Assembly: GCF_006345805.1 (NCBI RefSeq) | Contig: NC_043022.1 | Coordinates: 6,572,001 to 6,636,000, forward strand | Length of the DNA stretch: 64,000 nucleotides | From: Octopus sinensis | Taxonomy: Eukaryota | Direction of reading: 5' to 3' | In this document: positions 49,620 through 60,054 of the stretch, piece by piece | How positions within the stretch are numbered: position 1 is the stretch's first letter | How the letters are laid out: every line of letters starts with the position of its first letter | Translations under genes and position numbers: made by a program | The notes under the pieces: model-generated | What the model was told of the DNA's origin: nothing | Seen by the model: the letters and a program-made list of their open reading frames with translations, nothing else | The model's database searches: none

Positions 49620-52600
49620 TCCTTTCTTTTCAGGTTCATGATGCAACTAGGGCCAATACCTCCCACTCCCTCAGGGTTGGCACTCTCAACGTTGGCACAC
49701 TGAAAGGCAGATCTGGCGAGATCGTTGAATTGCTTGAACGGAGGTGTGTCGATATATGCTGTATTGAAGAAGTGAGGTGGAGAGGAGGTTCTGCTAGGTT
49801 CCTCACAGGTAAAGGACAGAGGTACAAGATTTTCTGGGCTGAGAATACTGAAGGGGTGTGGGTATACTTATCGCCGAAAAATGGTAGTCAGAGTATGTGA
49901 CAGAATACTGAAGATTAGATTAGTGCTCCATCATAGTTTAGCAACTATTATATCGGCCTATGCCCCTCAGCCAGGGCTACCCGATGGACAGAAAGACCGT
50001 TTCTACGACACCCTACTGCAGACCACCTCATTGACGAACGACAGGGACCTTCTCTTTGTGGCTGGTGACTTCAATGGGCATGTTGGACGATATGCTGGGG
50101 GCTTCCATGGCGTACATGGAGGCTACGGTTATGGTTCCCGCAATGAGGAGGGAACCAGGCTACTGGAGTTCTGTGATGCGAATAGTCTTATAGTTTGCAA
50201 CACTAACTTCAGAAAACCGACAAGCCACTTGGTCACCTACCGATCGGGCCGGCATACTAGCCAAATCGACTACATCCTTGCCAGAAAAAGGGAAAGATGG
50301 CTGCTTCTAATTGCCAAAACCTTCCCAGGCGAAGAATGTACTCCACAACATAGACTGGTAGTTAATGACTTTAGGATCAGGACTAAGAGGACAACTAGAA
50401 GACGACCAACATGGAGAAGAAGGGTCTGGAAGCTTAAAGACCCTGCAAATAGACAGAGATTTAGAGACATGTTATTTGAAGCCTTCGACGAAATAGAAGG
50501 GGGGTATAGCTACACATGGGGTAGAAGATAACTGGACGCTTCTAAGGGACAACCTGCTGAAAGCCACTGACCAGATCTGTGGCTGGTGCAAAGTCCCCTC
50601 AAGACCCAAAATAACGTGGTGGTGGAACAATATTATTGACAGGGCTATTAGACAAAAGAAACAGGCTTGGAAGAACTGGTAGAACGGTGGTAGCAGGGAA
50701 GTGTATCAGACTGCCAGAAGGGAAGCTAGGAGGCAGGTGTATTTAGCCAGAGGGGAAGCAGATAAGAAAAAATTTGCCAATGTTCTGCGCCGTGAGGATG
50801 AAAGACTTGAGGTATTTCGTATTGCAAGACAGTGTGTGAGAGAGAATCATGACGTGGTAGGAGAGAAATGTGTTCGCAAGGATGACGGCTCACTTGCGCT
50901 AAATGAGGATGCAAAGAGAGAGGTTTGGAGATGCCACTATGAAAGGTTGCTGAATGAGGAAAATGAATGGGATAAAGAGAGTCTGCCGAATGTCGACCCA
51001 ACAGAGGGACCAGCAATCCGAGTTGACAGTTCCTTAGTAGTTAAGGCAATTACAAGCATGAAAACAGGGAAAGCCCCTGGCCCATCAGGAATTACTGCAG
51101 AGATGCTCAAAATATCTGGTAGTGTTGGCTATAGCCTAGTCACCCGTATAGTTAACCAGGTGATACACGAAGGAGTCATACCCAATGACTGGTGTAGCAG
51201 CATAATAGTCAACTGCTACAAAGGTAAAGGTGACGCTCTAGATACAAATAACTACAGGGGTATCAAGCTGCTGGATCAGGTAATGAAGGTCACGGAGAGG
51301 GTTGTAGCCCAACTAATTAGAGAGAGAGTTAGCTTAGATGAGATGCAGTTTGGGTTTGTGCCAGGGAAAAGTACTACTGATGCTATATTCCTGGTAAGAC
51401 AGCTGCAGGAAAAATACCTAGCCAAAGACAAGCCTCTGTACCTGGCTTTTGTTGATATGGAGAAAGCCTTCGACAGGGTCCCCCGATCCCTCATCTGGTG
51501 GTCAATGAGGAAACTAGGGATAGATGAATGGTTAGTGAGAGCTGTGCGAGCCATGTACAGAGACGCTGCTAGTAAGGTGAGGGTTGGCAACGAGTACAGT
51601 GAAGAATTCCAGGTAGAGGTTGGGGTCCACCAAGGTTCTGTCCTCAGTCCCCTCCTATTTATCATAGTCCTCCAGGCAATAACGGAGGAATTCAAGACAG
51701 GATGCCCCTGGGAGCTCCTCTATGCTGATGACCTTGCTCTAATTGCTGAGTCTCAATCAGAACTGGAGGAGAAGTTTCAGGTGTGGAAGCAAGGTTTAGA
51801 ATCGAAGGGCCTTAGAATCAACCTAGCCAAAACCAAAGTCCTAATAAGTAGGAAGGTAGACCAATCACAAACGCCTTCAGGTAGATGGCCCTGCTCGATC
51901 TGTAAAAAAGGCATAGGTAGAAACTCTATAAGGTGCACCAAGTGTAAGCTATGGACACATAAGAGGTGTAGTAATGTCAAAGGAAGACTAACTAGGAAAA
52001 TAGTTTTTATCTGTTGCAGATGCTCAGGAGCAATAAACTCTGAAAATATGCAGAGACCAACTTCTACCACGTTCCAGGGAGAAAAACTAGAAGTAGTTGA
52101 TAGCTTCCGCTACCTAGGTGACCAACTCAGTAGCGAGGGTGTGTGTGCTGAAAGTGTAACTACTAGAGTAAGAATAGCCTGGGCAAAGTTTAGAGAGCTC
52201 TTACCCCTGCTGGTGACAAAAGGCCTCTCGCTCAGAGTAAAAGACAGACTGTATGATGCATGTGTACGTACAGCCATGCTACATGGTAGTGAAACATGGG
52301 CTGTGACTGCTGAGGATTTGCGTAAGCTCGCAAGAAATGAAGCCAGTATGCTCCGATGGATGTGTAATGTCAGTGTTCATAATCAACAGAGTGTAAGTAC
52401 CTTCAGAGAAAAGTTGGACCTAAGAAGCATCAGTTGTGGTGTGCAAGGGAGACGTTTGCGCTGGTATGGTCATGTGACGAGAATGGCTGAAGATAGTTGT
52501 GTGCGAAAGTGCCACACCCTAGCAGTTGAGGGAACCTGTGGAAGAGGTAGACCCAGGAAAACATGGGACGAGGTGGTGAAGCACGACCTTCGAACTTTAG

Positions 52601-53397
52601 GTCTCACCAAGGAAATGACTAGAGACCGAGACCTATGGAAGTATGCTGTGCGTGAGAAGACCCGGCAAGACCAGTGAGAACATAACCTGTGGCCTACATA
52701 CCTTTCCTTCTTGGGAAGCACGATCTTCGAACTTTAGGTCTCACCAAGGAAATGACTAGAGACCAAGACCTATGGAAGTATGCTGTGCGTGAGAAGACCC
52801 GGCAAGACTAGTGAGAACATAACCTGTGGCCTACATACCTTTCCTTCTTGGGACACAAAACTCCACTTGTGAAGACCCGTTGAGAGAAGTGAAAATCAAA
52901 ATCAAATCAAAATCAAAATCAAACCAAATCAAATCAGATATCAGAAAGCAGAACCAAAATCGAAGTCAATCAACATCAATGGAAATTGCAGCTGTGGTTA
53001 AGCGAACCATCCGATCGTGGCCTCCGTGCCGGTGGCACGTAAAAGCACCATCCGTTCGTGTCTGTTGCCAGCCTCACCTGGCCCCCGTGCCGGTGGCACG
53101 TAGCACCATCTGTTCGTGGCCATTGCCAGCCTCGCCTGGCCCCCGTACCGGTGGCACGTAAAAACACCATCCATTCGTGGCCGTTTTCCAGCTCCGTCTG
53201 GCACCTGTGCGGGTGGCACGTAAAAAGCACCCACTACACTCACGGAGTAGTTGGCGTTAGGAAGGGCATCCAGCCGTAGAAACACTGCCAGATCAGACTG
53301 GGCCTGAGGCAGCCTTCTGGCTTCACAGACCCCAGTTGAACCGTCCAACCCATGCTAGCATGGAAAGCGGATGCTAAATGATGATGATGATGATGAT
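49620..53397 (+). mobile_element. Near-full-length RTE-clade LINE (APE-RT), disrupted
   Basis: APE motifs (GTLNVGTL, SAYAPQ, VAGDFNGHVG, SQIDYIL) and RT; small deletions, a frameshift and a stop; long 3'UTR with subrepeats and an (ATG)n tail. Confidence 0.95.
50701..52677 (+). pseudogene. RTE reverse transcriptase region (658-aa open segment) with an internal PHD-type finger
   Basis: NYRGIKLL, QFGFVPGKSTTD, FVDMEKAFDRV, GVHQGSVLSP, LYADD, FRYLG; C4HC3 motif at 51892-52023. The upstream part of the ORF is broken. Confidence 0.9.
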
Positions 53398-53852
53398 ATC
53401 AATAAATTACCAAACAAAAAAAAAACAGCACTGTGTGGAGGGGTCAACAGGATCAACTAAAACCTCTTAAAGCTGGTGTCCCTTCATGGCCATAGCTCAA
53501 TAGCTGGAACCAGTAAAAGAATAATATAAAATACTTATACCAGGAAGTGAATACATGACACTTTGATATGAACCATATTTCAGTACAGGCATTTTAACTT
53601 GAAGGCCAGAAGATTTATTGGAAAAGCTGACCTAAATAATGTTATTCTTTCTTACTACCAACTATTGATTTACTTTTGTTCAATAAAAGCTATTCGCCTT
53701 GGTTCAATGTGTGTAGCTATAGTCAAGGTACCACACACAGATCACTGCTGTGAACAGTTGGAACATTTTATAATGGACACATGCTTCTATAATAGCTTCT
53801 ATTGTTAGGCTGGAATTTTCTCATGAATTTGGTGTAGAAAATATCAAATTAC

Positions 53853-53926
53853 TTCATTCTGTCAACAGGTATTGAAAGAATCCTTGAGAGGTCAGTGTTC
53901 CTATGGAGATCTTTGATGACATAAAT
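53853..53926 (-). pseudogene. HMG-box gene exon apparently frameshifted by 1 nt (74 nt; 75 needed)
   Basis: Strong acceptor tttttccctctttgttcttctacag after a 63-nt intron; donor-like AA|GTAATT. The incoming frame hits TGA; adding one base gives GFMSSKDLHRNTDLSRILSIPVDRMN-YFFF. Confidence 0.5.
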
Positions 53927-53989
53927 CTGTAGAAGAACAAAGAGGGAAAAAGGGAAGAAAAATACAATAAGAAACATTCTGTTTCTTAC

Positions 53990-54076
53990 CCATCAAAGTC
54001 TAGACTGTCTGTGTTCTTATTTAAGTAATTATCAGGAGGCAATGGAGTTGGTTCCTGCTTTGATTCAGTAAAAAAT
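53990..54076 (-). CDS. HMG-box gene exon (87 nt)
   Basis: Acceptor ttttttgttgtttgttccag, donor GG|GTAAGA; the only open frame is FFTESKQEPTPLPPDNYLNKNTDSLDFD; phase 2 to 2. Confidence 0.75.
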
Positions 54077-54146
54077 CTGGAACAAACAACAAAAAATAAA
54101 ATTAAATATAAAATATTGTATTTAAAGTAAGAATTAAGTTTCTGGC

Positions 54147-54325
54147 TTAGGGAAAGAGGGATGGCCTTCTGGCATGGATATATGCCAGAGCATAAACCAA
54201 TAGGAATCCTGGGCTATTCCGGTGTAAAGGATCTTCTTTCTTGGTATTTGTAGCCCAAAGGAATATTTCTCTTTCAGCAGCAATTGGATGACATTTTCCC
54301 AGGGCGTTTATTGTATCTGATGTAA
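54147..54325 (-). pseudogene. 3' half of an exon-like segment split by the HERO insertion
   Basis: Open frame SDTINALGKCHPIAAEREIFLWATNTKKEDPLHRNSPGFLLVYALAYIHARRPSLFP*; it continues in frame from 57104-57142 once the element is removed. Confidence 0.45.
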
Positions 54326-57109
54326 AAAAAGAAAGTAAAAGGACTCGGGAGCAGTTTCTGAAGGACCCATACGGGTTTACTAAGAAGCTGTTCACTGAAC
54401 CGAAGAGTGGTACTTTATCGTGCACTATAGAAGAATTGGATGTTCATATCAAGGAAACCTACAGCGATCCGCACCGTAACCAGCCGCTGCCACCTCTACA
54501 TGGGCTAAATCATCTCTCAGGACCTGATATCGAATTCCAGATTGGGGACATCAGGGAGAGAGAGGTGAATGATTTCGTAAGAAAAGCTAGAGCAAAGAGT
54601 GCCCCAGGAGATGATGGCGTCTCATATAAAGTCTACAAGTACTGCAATCGTCTGCGAAAGAAGCTCTTTATCCTACTCCGACAACTGTGGTGCGAGGAGA
54701 CTATAGTAGAGGATTGGTGTAAGGCAGAAGGTATATACCTGCCAAAAGAGGCTAATGCAAAGACCATAAAACAGTTTAGGCCGATATCCTTATTGAATGT
54801 GGAAGGCAAGATCTTTATGGGAATTCTGTCAAGGAGAACAGTGGCATATTTACAGAGTAACGGATATGTTGATGAATCTGTTCAAAAGGCCAGAATCCCC
54901 AGGATCCCTGGATGTGTTGAACACTGTTTTACGATTTGGAAAGCGATCCAGGAACGTGGTATGGATCGACCTAGCTAACACGTATGGTTCAGTGCCACAC
55001 GAATTACTAATAACAGCCATAGACCACTTCCACATTCCTGACAAAGTGATCAAAATAATGAGGATGTACTATGACAGTTTCGAAATGAGGTTTACAACTG
55101 GGAATTTTACAACAAATTGGTACTGATTGGAGGTTGGCATTGCTGCTGGCTGTACAATATCTGTCACGTGGTTTATCTTAGTCATGGAGTTGATTTTGAA
55201 AGGTGTAGATTTTTCGGAACAAATCGCCTAAGAAAGCCTTCATGGATGACGTGACACTTCTAGCTACAGATAAACAAATCATGCAGAATGCCCTCTTGAG
55301 ATTAGACGAACTTGTAAGGTGGTCAAGGATGCGATTTAGAGCAAAAAAGTCGCGTAGTCTGACATTTGTTAAGGGAGTGCAGAAAGAATTTAAGTTTCGA
55401 ATATCTGAAGAAAGCATTCCAACAGTCAAGGAAGAGCCCGTCAAGAGCTTGGGACAAGTATACACTGGAACATTGTCAGACAGAAGTCGTGGGATGAAAC
55501 AGGCTGAGGCTGGGTTATCAGCAATTGATAATTCGAAGTTACCAGGTAAATATAAAATTTGGTGCTTGCAGTTCGGCTTGTACCCGCGACTTGCGTGGCC
55601 ACTTTTAATATACGAAATAGCTTTGTCACGAGTTGAAAGGATTGAACAAAAATGTAATGTGTTCATTAGAAAGTGGCTAGGCCTACCTCATATGTTGAAC
55701 AGCTCAGCTCTTTATCGTAAAAGAGGTTCGTTGCAGCTACCAATAGCATCAATAGTCGAAATATATAAGCTGGGGAAGATACGGACGGTCATGATGCTGA
55801 GAGAATCGAAGGATATGGAAATCAGGCGTAACTCACCAGAGGTGAAAACAGCCAGGAAGTGGAAAGCAGAAGCAGAAACTGACGACATCTTGTCTTCTCT
55901 TATACACAGAGATATGGTGGGAGCAAGGCAGAACCATCGGAAAGGACTTGGTTTTGGCGCAGATCAGTTCAGACCGTTTGCAAGCGCGATGCGGAGTGAA
56001 CACAGATCTGTTGTTAGCAACAGCATCAAAACAAGAGAAGCAAAGAGAAGAGAGCTTCATTTGATCCGATGTGTTCATCAAGGTCAGATGACGAGATGGG
56101 AAGAACATGTTGAGAGGAAGATAAGTTGGGAATAGATGTGGAAGTGGACGACATCTCGGCTGAGTTTCCTGATTCGTTCATCTTATGATGTTTTGCCATC
56201 ACCTACGAATCTAGTAAGATGGAATGTCTTAGAGAATGACACTTGCAAATGTGGAAAGGTCGGTACACTAAAACATATTCTTTCCAACTGTTCATTAGCA
56301 TTGAACAGGTACACATGGAGGCACAACTTGGTCCTTAAGGTTATCTTCAATGCTATAAAGAACCAAATTCATCTCAACAACACTGAGGAAAAATCGTTAA
56401 AAGTACCATCAAGAGATTTCATTACCTTCGTGCAACCAGGTCAGCAGATCCGTTTCAAGAAGAAGATCAAGAAACTTCCTGAGAAAAATGAAAAGTGGAA
56501 CGGCTATTGGGAGGTAACTGCAGATTTACCCGGGTGCCAGGTTTTCTTTCCCATCCCAGTTTCGAAAAAACCAGATATTTTGATGTGGTGTGAAAGAAAG
56601 AAAGCTGTAAATATAGTCGAGCTAACGGTTCCTCATGAAGATAATATGGACACCGCTCGGGTTCGAAAATTGAACCGTTATGAAAATCTCCTCGAGGAAT
56701 GTGAAGACGCAGGCTGGAAAGCGGAACATTTTCCTATCGAAGTCGGATGTAGAGGGTTTGTTGGACACAGCATGAGACGACTGTTGTTATCGCTAGGCCT
56801 AACTCATCGTAAAGTCAATACCACCATGACTGATATCCAATCTACAGTGGAGAAGGCTAGCCACTGGATTTGGTTAAAAAGAGATGATGAGCGATGGCTA
56901 GAAGTATATTGAGTTCTTCATAACCAGCTGATCTAGCAAGCGGGGCCTCATATCAGTGAGGGGGGCCGGTGTGCATTGATGCCGTCAAGAGGTAGGCCCC
57001 GAAACGGCGCGCATTCTCTCCTGATGACCCCATACACTTGCTAGCTTCTGGTATACGGAGCTTTTAACTGGTAGCATTTGCATGTGCAAGTTGTTTGCAA
57101 GACATGTAA
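54326..57109 (+). mobile_element. 5'-truncated HERO-like non-LTR retrotransposon (RT + CCHC + restriction-like endonuclease), disrupted
   Basis: EQFLKDPYGFTKKLF..PKSG, QFRPISLLNVEGKIF, WIDLANTYGSVPH, FMDDVTL, CKCGKVGTLKHILSNC, RYTWRHNLVL, KKPDIL..IVELTVP, PIEVGCRGF; stops and frameshifts; candidate TSD ATGTAA (54320-25, 57104-09). Confidence 0.9.
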
Positions 57110-57386
57110 TAGACATGGTATTATAACACAGAGGAGGGAGAACTAGAAAATTGTGATTTTAAAACCTTGATCAATAATATTTACAAAGACAATATGACTA
57201 CTTCATTGAAGGGTTCAAATTAGAACAAAGATTCTGTTTAATACACTCCTGGACTGATACAACAGTGTATGTGTGTGAGGAGTGTGTGCACATGAAGGGA
57301 AGCAGCTTCAACTGCAGATCAAAATTAGATAGGGGCCTAAACTTGCTGAAGAGCTTATCTAATTGCTCCACAGGGTTCTCCCTGCT
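57110..57386 (-). pseudogene. Exon-like relics separated by a 59-nt GT-AG mini-intron
   Basis: Minus ORF ...GVRSRENPVEQLDKLFSKFRPLSNFDLQLKLLPFMCTHSSHTYTVVSVQECIKQNLCSNLNPSM ends at AA|GTAGTC (57201); acceptor ttttctag at 57143. Confidence 0.45.
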
Positions 57387-59926
57387 CCTCACTCCTATTG
57401 TAGATGCCTCTACACGGCTGTCCAACACACCAGAAATAGCAGCCAAATTTAAATCACACTTCAATATCTTAGAAAAGATGATATCTCATACTATGTTGCA
57501 TGATGTAGTCTTAAATACACAACAGTTGCAAAAACAAGAGAACAAGAAAGTCAGTGATAGGGGTCTTCTCAGATAATGTTGATCCTCACTCCTATTGTAG
57601 ATGCCTCTACATAGCTGTCCAACACACCAGAAATAGCAGCCAAATTTAATCACACTTCAAACTAGAAAAGATGATATCTCATACTATGTTGAATGATGTA
57701 GTCTTAAATAACAACGTTGCAAAAACAAGAGAACAAGAAATCAGTGATAGGGGTTTCTCAGATAATGTTGATCCTCACTCCTATTGTAGATGCCTCTACA
57801 TGGCTGTCCAAAACACCAGAAATAGCAGCAAATTTAATCACACTTCAACATCTAGAAAAGATGATATCTCATACTATGTTGCATGATGTAGCTTAAATAC
57901 ACAACAGTTGAAAACAAGAACAAGAAAGTCAGCGATAGGGGTCTTCTCAGATAATGTTGATCCTCACTCCTATTGTAGATGCCTCTACATGGCTGTCCAA
58001 CACACCAGAAATAGCAGCCAAATTTAAATCACACTTCAACATCTTAGAAAAGATGATATCTCATACTATGTTGCATGATGTAGTCTTAAATACACAACAT
58101 TGCAAAAAACAAGAGAACAAGAAAGTCAGTGATAGGGGTCTTCTCAGATAATGTTGATCCTCACTCCTATTGTAGATGCCTCTACATGGCTGTCCAACAC
58201 ACCAGAAATAGCAGCCAAATTTAAATCACACTTCAACATCTTAGAAAAGATGATATCTCATACTATGTTGCATGATGTAGTCTTAAATACACAACAGTTG
58301 CAAAAACAGAGAAAGAAAGTCAGCGATAGGGGTCTTCTCAGATAATGTTGATCCTCACTCCTATTGTAGATGCCTCTACATGGCTGTCCAACACACCAGA
58401 AATAGCAGCCAAATTTAAATCACACTTCAACATCTTAGAAAAGATGATATCTCATACTATGTTGCATGATGTAGTCTTAAATACACAACATTGCAAAAAA
58501 CAAGAGAACAAGAAAGTCAGTGATAGGGGTCTTCTCAGATAATGTTGATCCTCACTCCTATTGTAGATGCCTCTACATGGCTGTCCAACACACCAGAAAT
58601 AGCAGCCAAATTTAAATCACACTTCAACATCTTAGAAAAGATGATATCTCATACTATGTTGCATGATGTAGTCTTAAATACACAACAGTTGCAAAAACAA
58701 GAGAACAAGAAAGTCAGTGATAGGGGTCTTCTCAGATAATGTTGATCCTCACTCCTATTGTAGATGCCTCTACATGGCTGTCCAACACACCAGAAATAGC
58801 AGCCAAATTTAAATCACACTTCAACATCTTAGAAAAGATGATATCTCATACTATGTTGAATGATGTAGTCTTAAATACACAACAGTTGCAAAAACAAGAG
58901 AACAAGAAAGTCAGTGATAGGGGTCTTCTCAGATAATGTTGATCCTCACTCCTATTGTAGATGCCTCTACATGGCTGTCCAACACACCAGAAATAGCAGC
59001 CAAATTTAAATCACACTTCAACATCTTAGAAAAGATGATATCTCATACTATGTTGCATGATGTAGTCTTAAATACACAACAGTTGCAAAAACAAGAGAAC
59101 AAGAAAGTCAGTGATAGGGGTCTTCTCAGATAATGTTGATCCTCACTCCTATTGTAGATGCCTCTACATGGCTGTCCAACACACCAGAAATAGCAGCCAA
59201 TTTAAATCACACTTCAACATCTTAGAAAAGATGATATCTCATACTATGTTGCATGATGTAGTCTTAAATACACAACAGTTGCAAAAACAAGAGAACAAGA
59301 AAGTCAGTGATAGGGGTCTTCTCAGATAATGTTGATCCTCACTCCTATTGTAGATGCCTCTACATGGCTGTCCAACACACCAGAAATAGCAGCCAAATTA
59401 AATCACACTTCAACATCTTAGAAAAGATGATATCTCATACTATGTTGCATGATGTAGTCTTAAATACAACACAGTTGCAAAAACAAGAGAACAAGAAAGT
59501 CAGTGATAGGGGTCTTCTCAGATAATGTTGATCCTCACTCCTATTGTAGATGCCTCTACATGGCTGTCCAACACACCAGAAATAGCAGCCAAATTTAAAT
59601 CACACTTCAACATCTTAGAAAAGATGATATCTCATACTATGTTGCATGATGTAGTCTTAAATACACAACAGTTGCAAAAACAAGAGAACAAGAAAGTCAG
59701 TGATAGGGGTCTTCTCAGATAATGTTGATCCTCACTCCTATTGTAGATGCCTCTACATGGCTGTCCAACACACCAGAAATAGCAGCCAAATTTAAATCAC
59801 ACTTCAACATCTTAGAAAAGATGATATCTCATACTATGTTGCATGATGTAGTCTTAGATACACAACAGTTGCAAAAACAAGGGAACAAGAAAGTCAGTGA
59901 TAGGGGTCTTCTCAGATAATGTTGAT
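57387..59926. repeat. 197-bp tandem array, ~13 copies
   Basis: Unit cctcactcctattgtagatgcc...cttctcagataatgttgat repeated head-to-tail; most copies near-identical, copies 2-3 with small deletions. Confidence 0.97.
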
Positions 59927-59985
59927 CTGGATCTGAACAACAATAATAATAGAGAATTACTTTTAAATAATTAAACTCTACTCAC

Positions 59986-60054
59986 TTATCCAGTCTTTTT
60001 CTGCAAGTTGTCCCATGTTTAATGCTTCTGGAAGTATTCAGTTTTGTAACAGAG
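59986..60054 (-). CDS. HMG-box gene exon (69 nt)
   Basis: Acceptor tttttctttttgtcttgttcctcttggcag, donor GTGAGT; the only open frame is SVTKLNTSRSIKHGTTCRKRLD; phase 2 to 2. Confidence 0.75.

Noticed and set aside
56995-57030. Hammerhead ribozyme in the HERO 3'UTR (GAAAC...CTGATGA)
   Set aside because: Stem II cannot form (CCCC on both sides) and no stem I/III arrangement fits.
57954-59919. Plus-strand 65-aa ORFs chained by TAATG stop-start overlaps
   Set aside because: The overlap follows automatically from the 197-bp period. There is no promoter or homology evidence, and splice-site context favours the minus strand. It is not strictly excluded.
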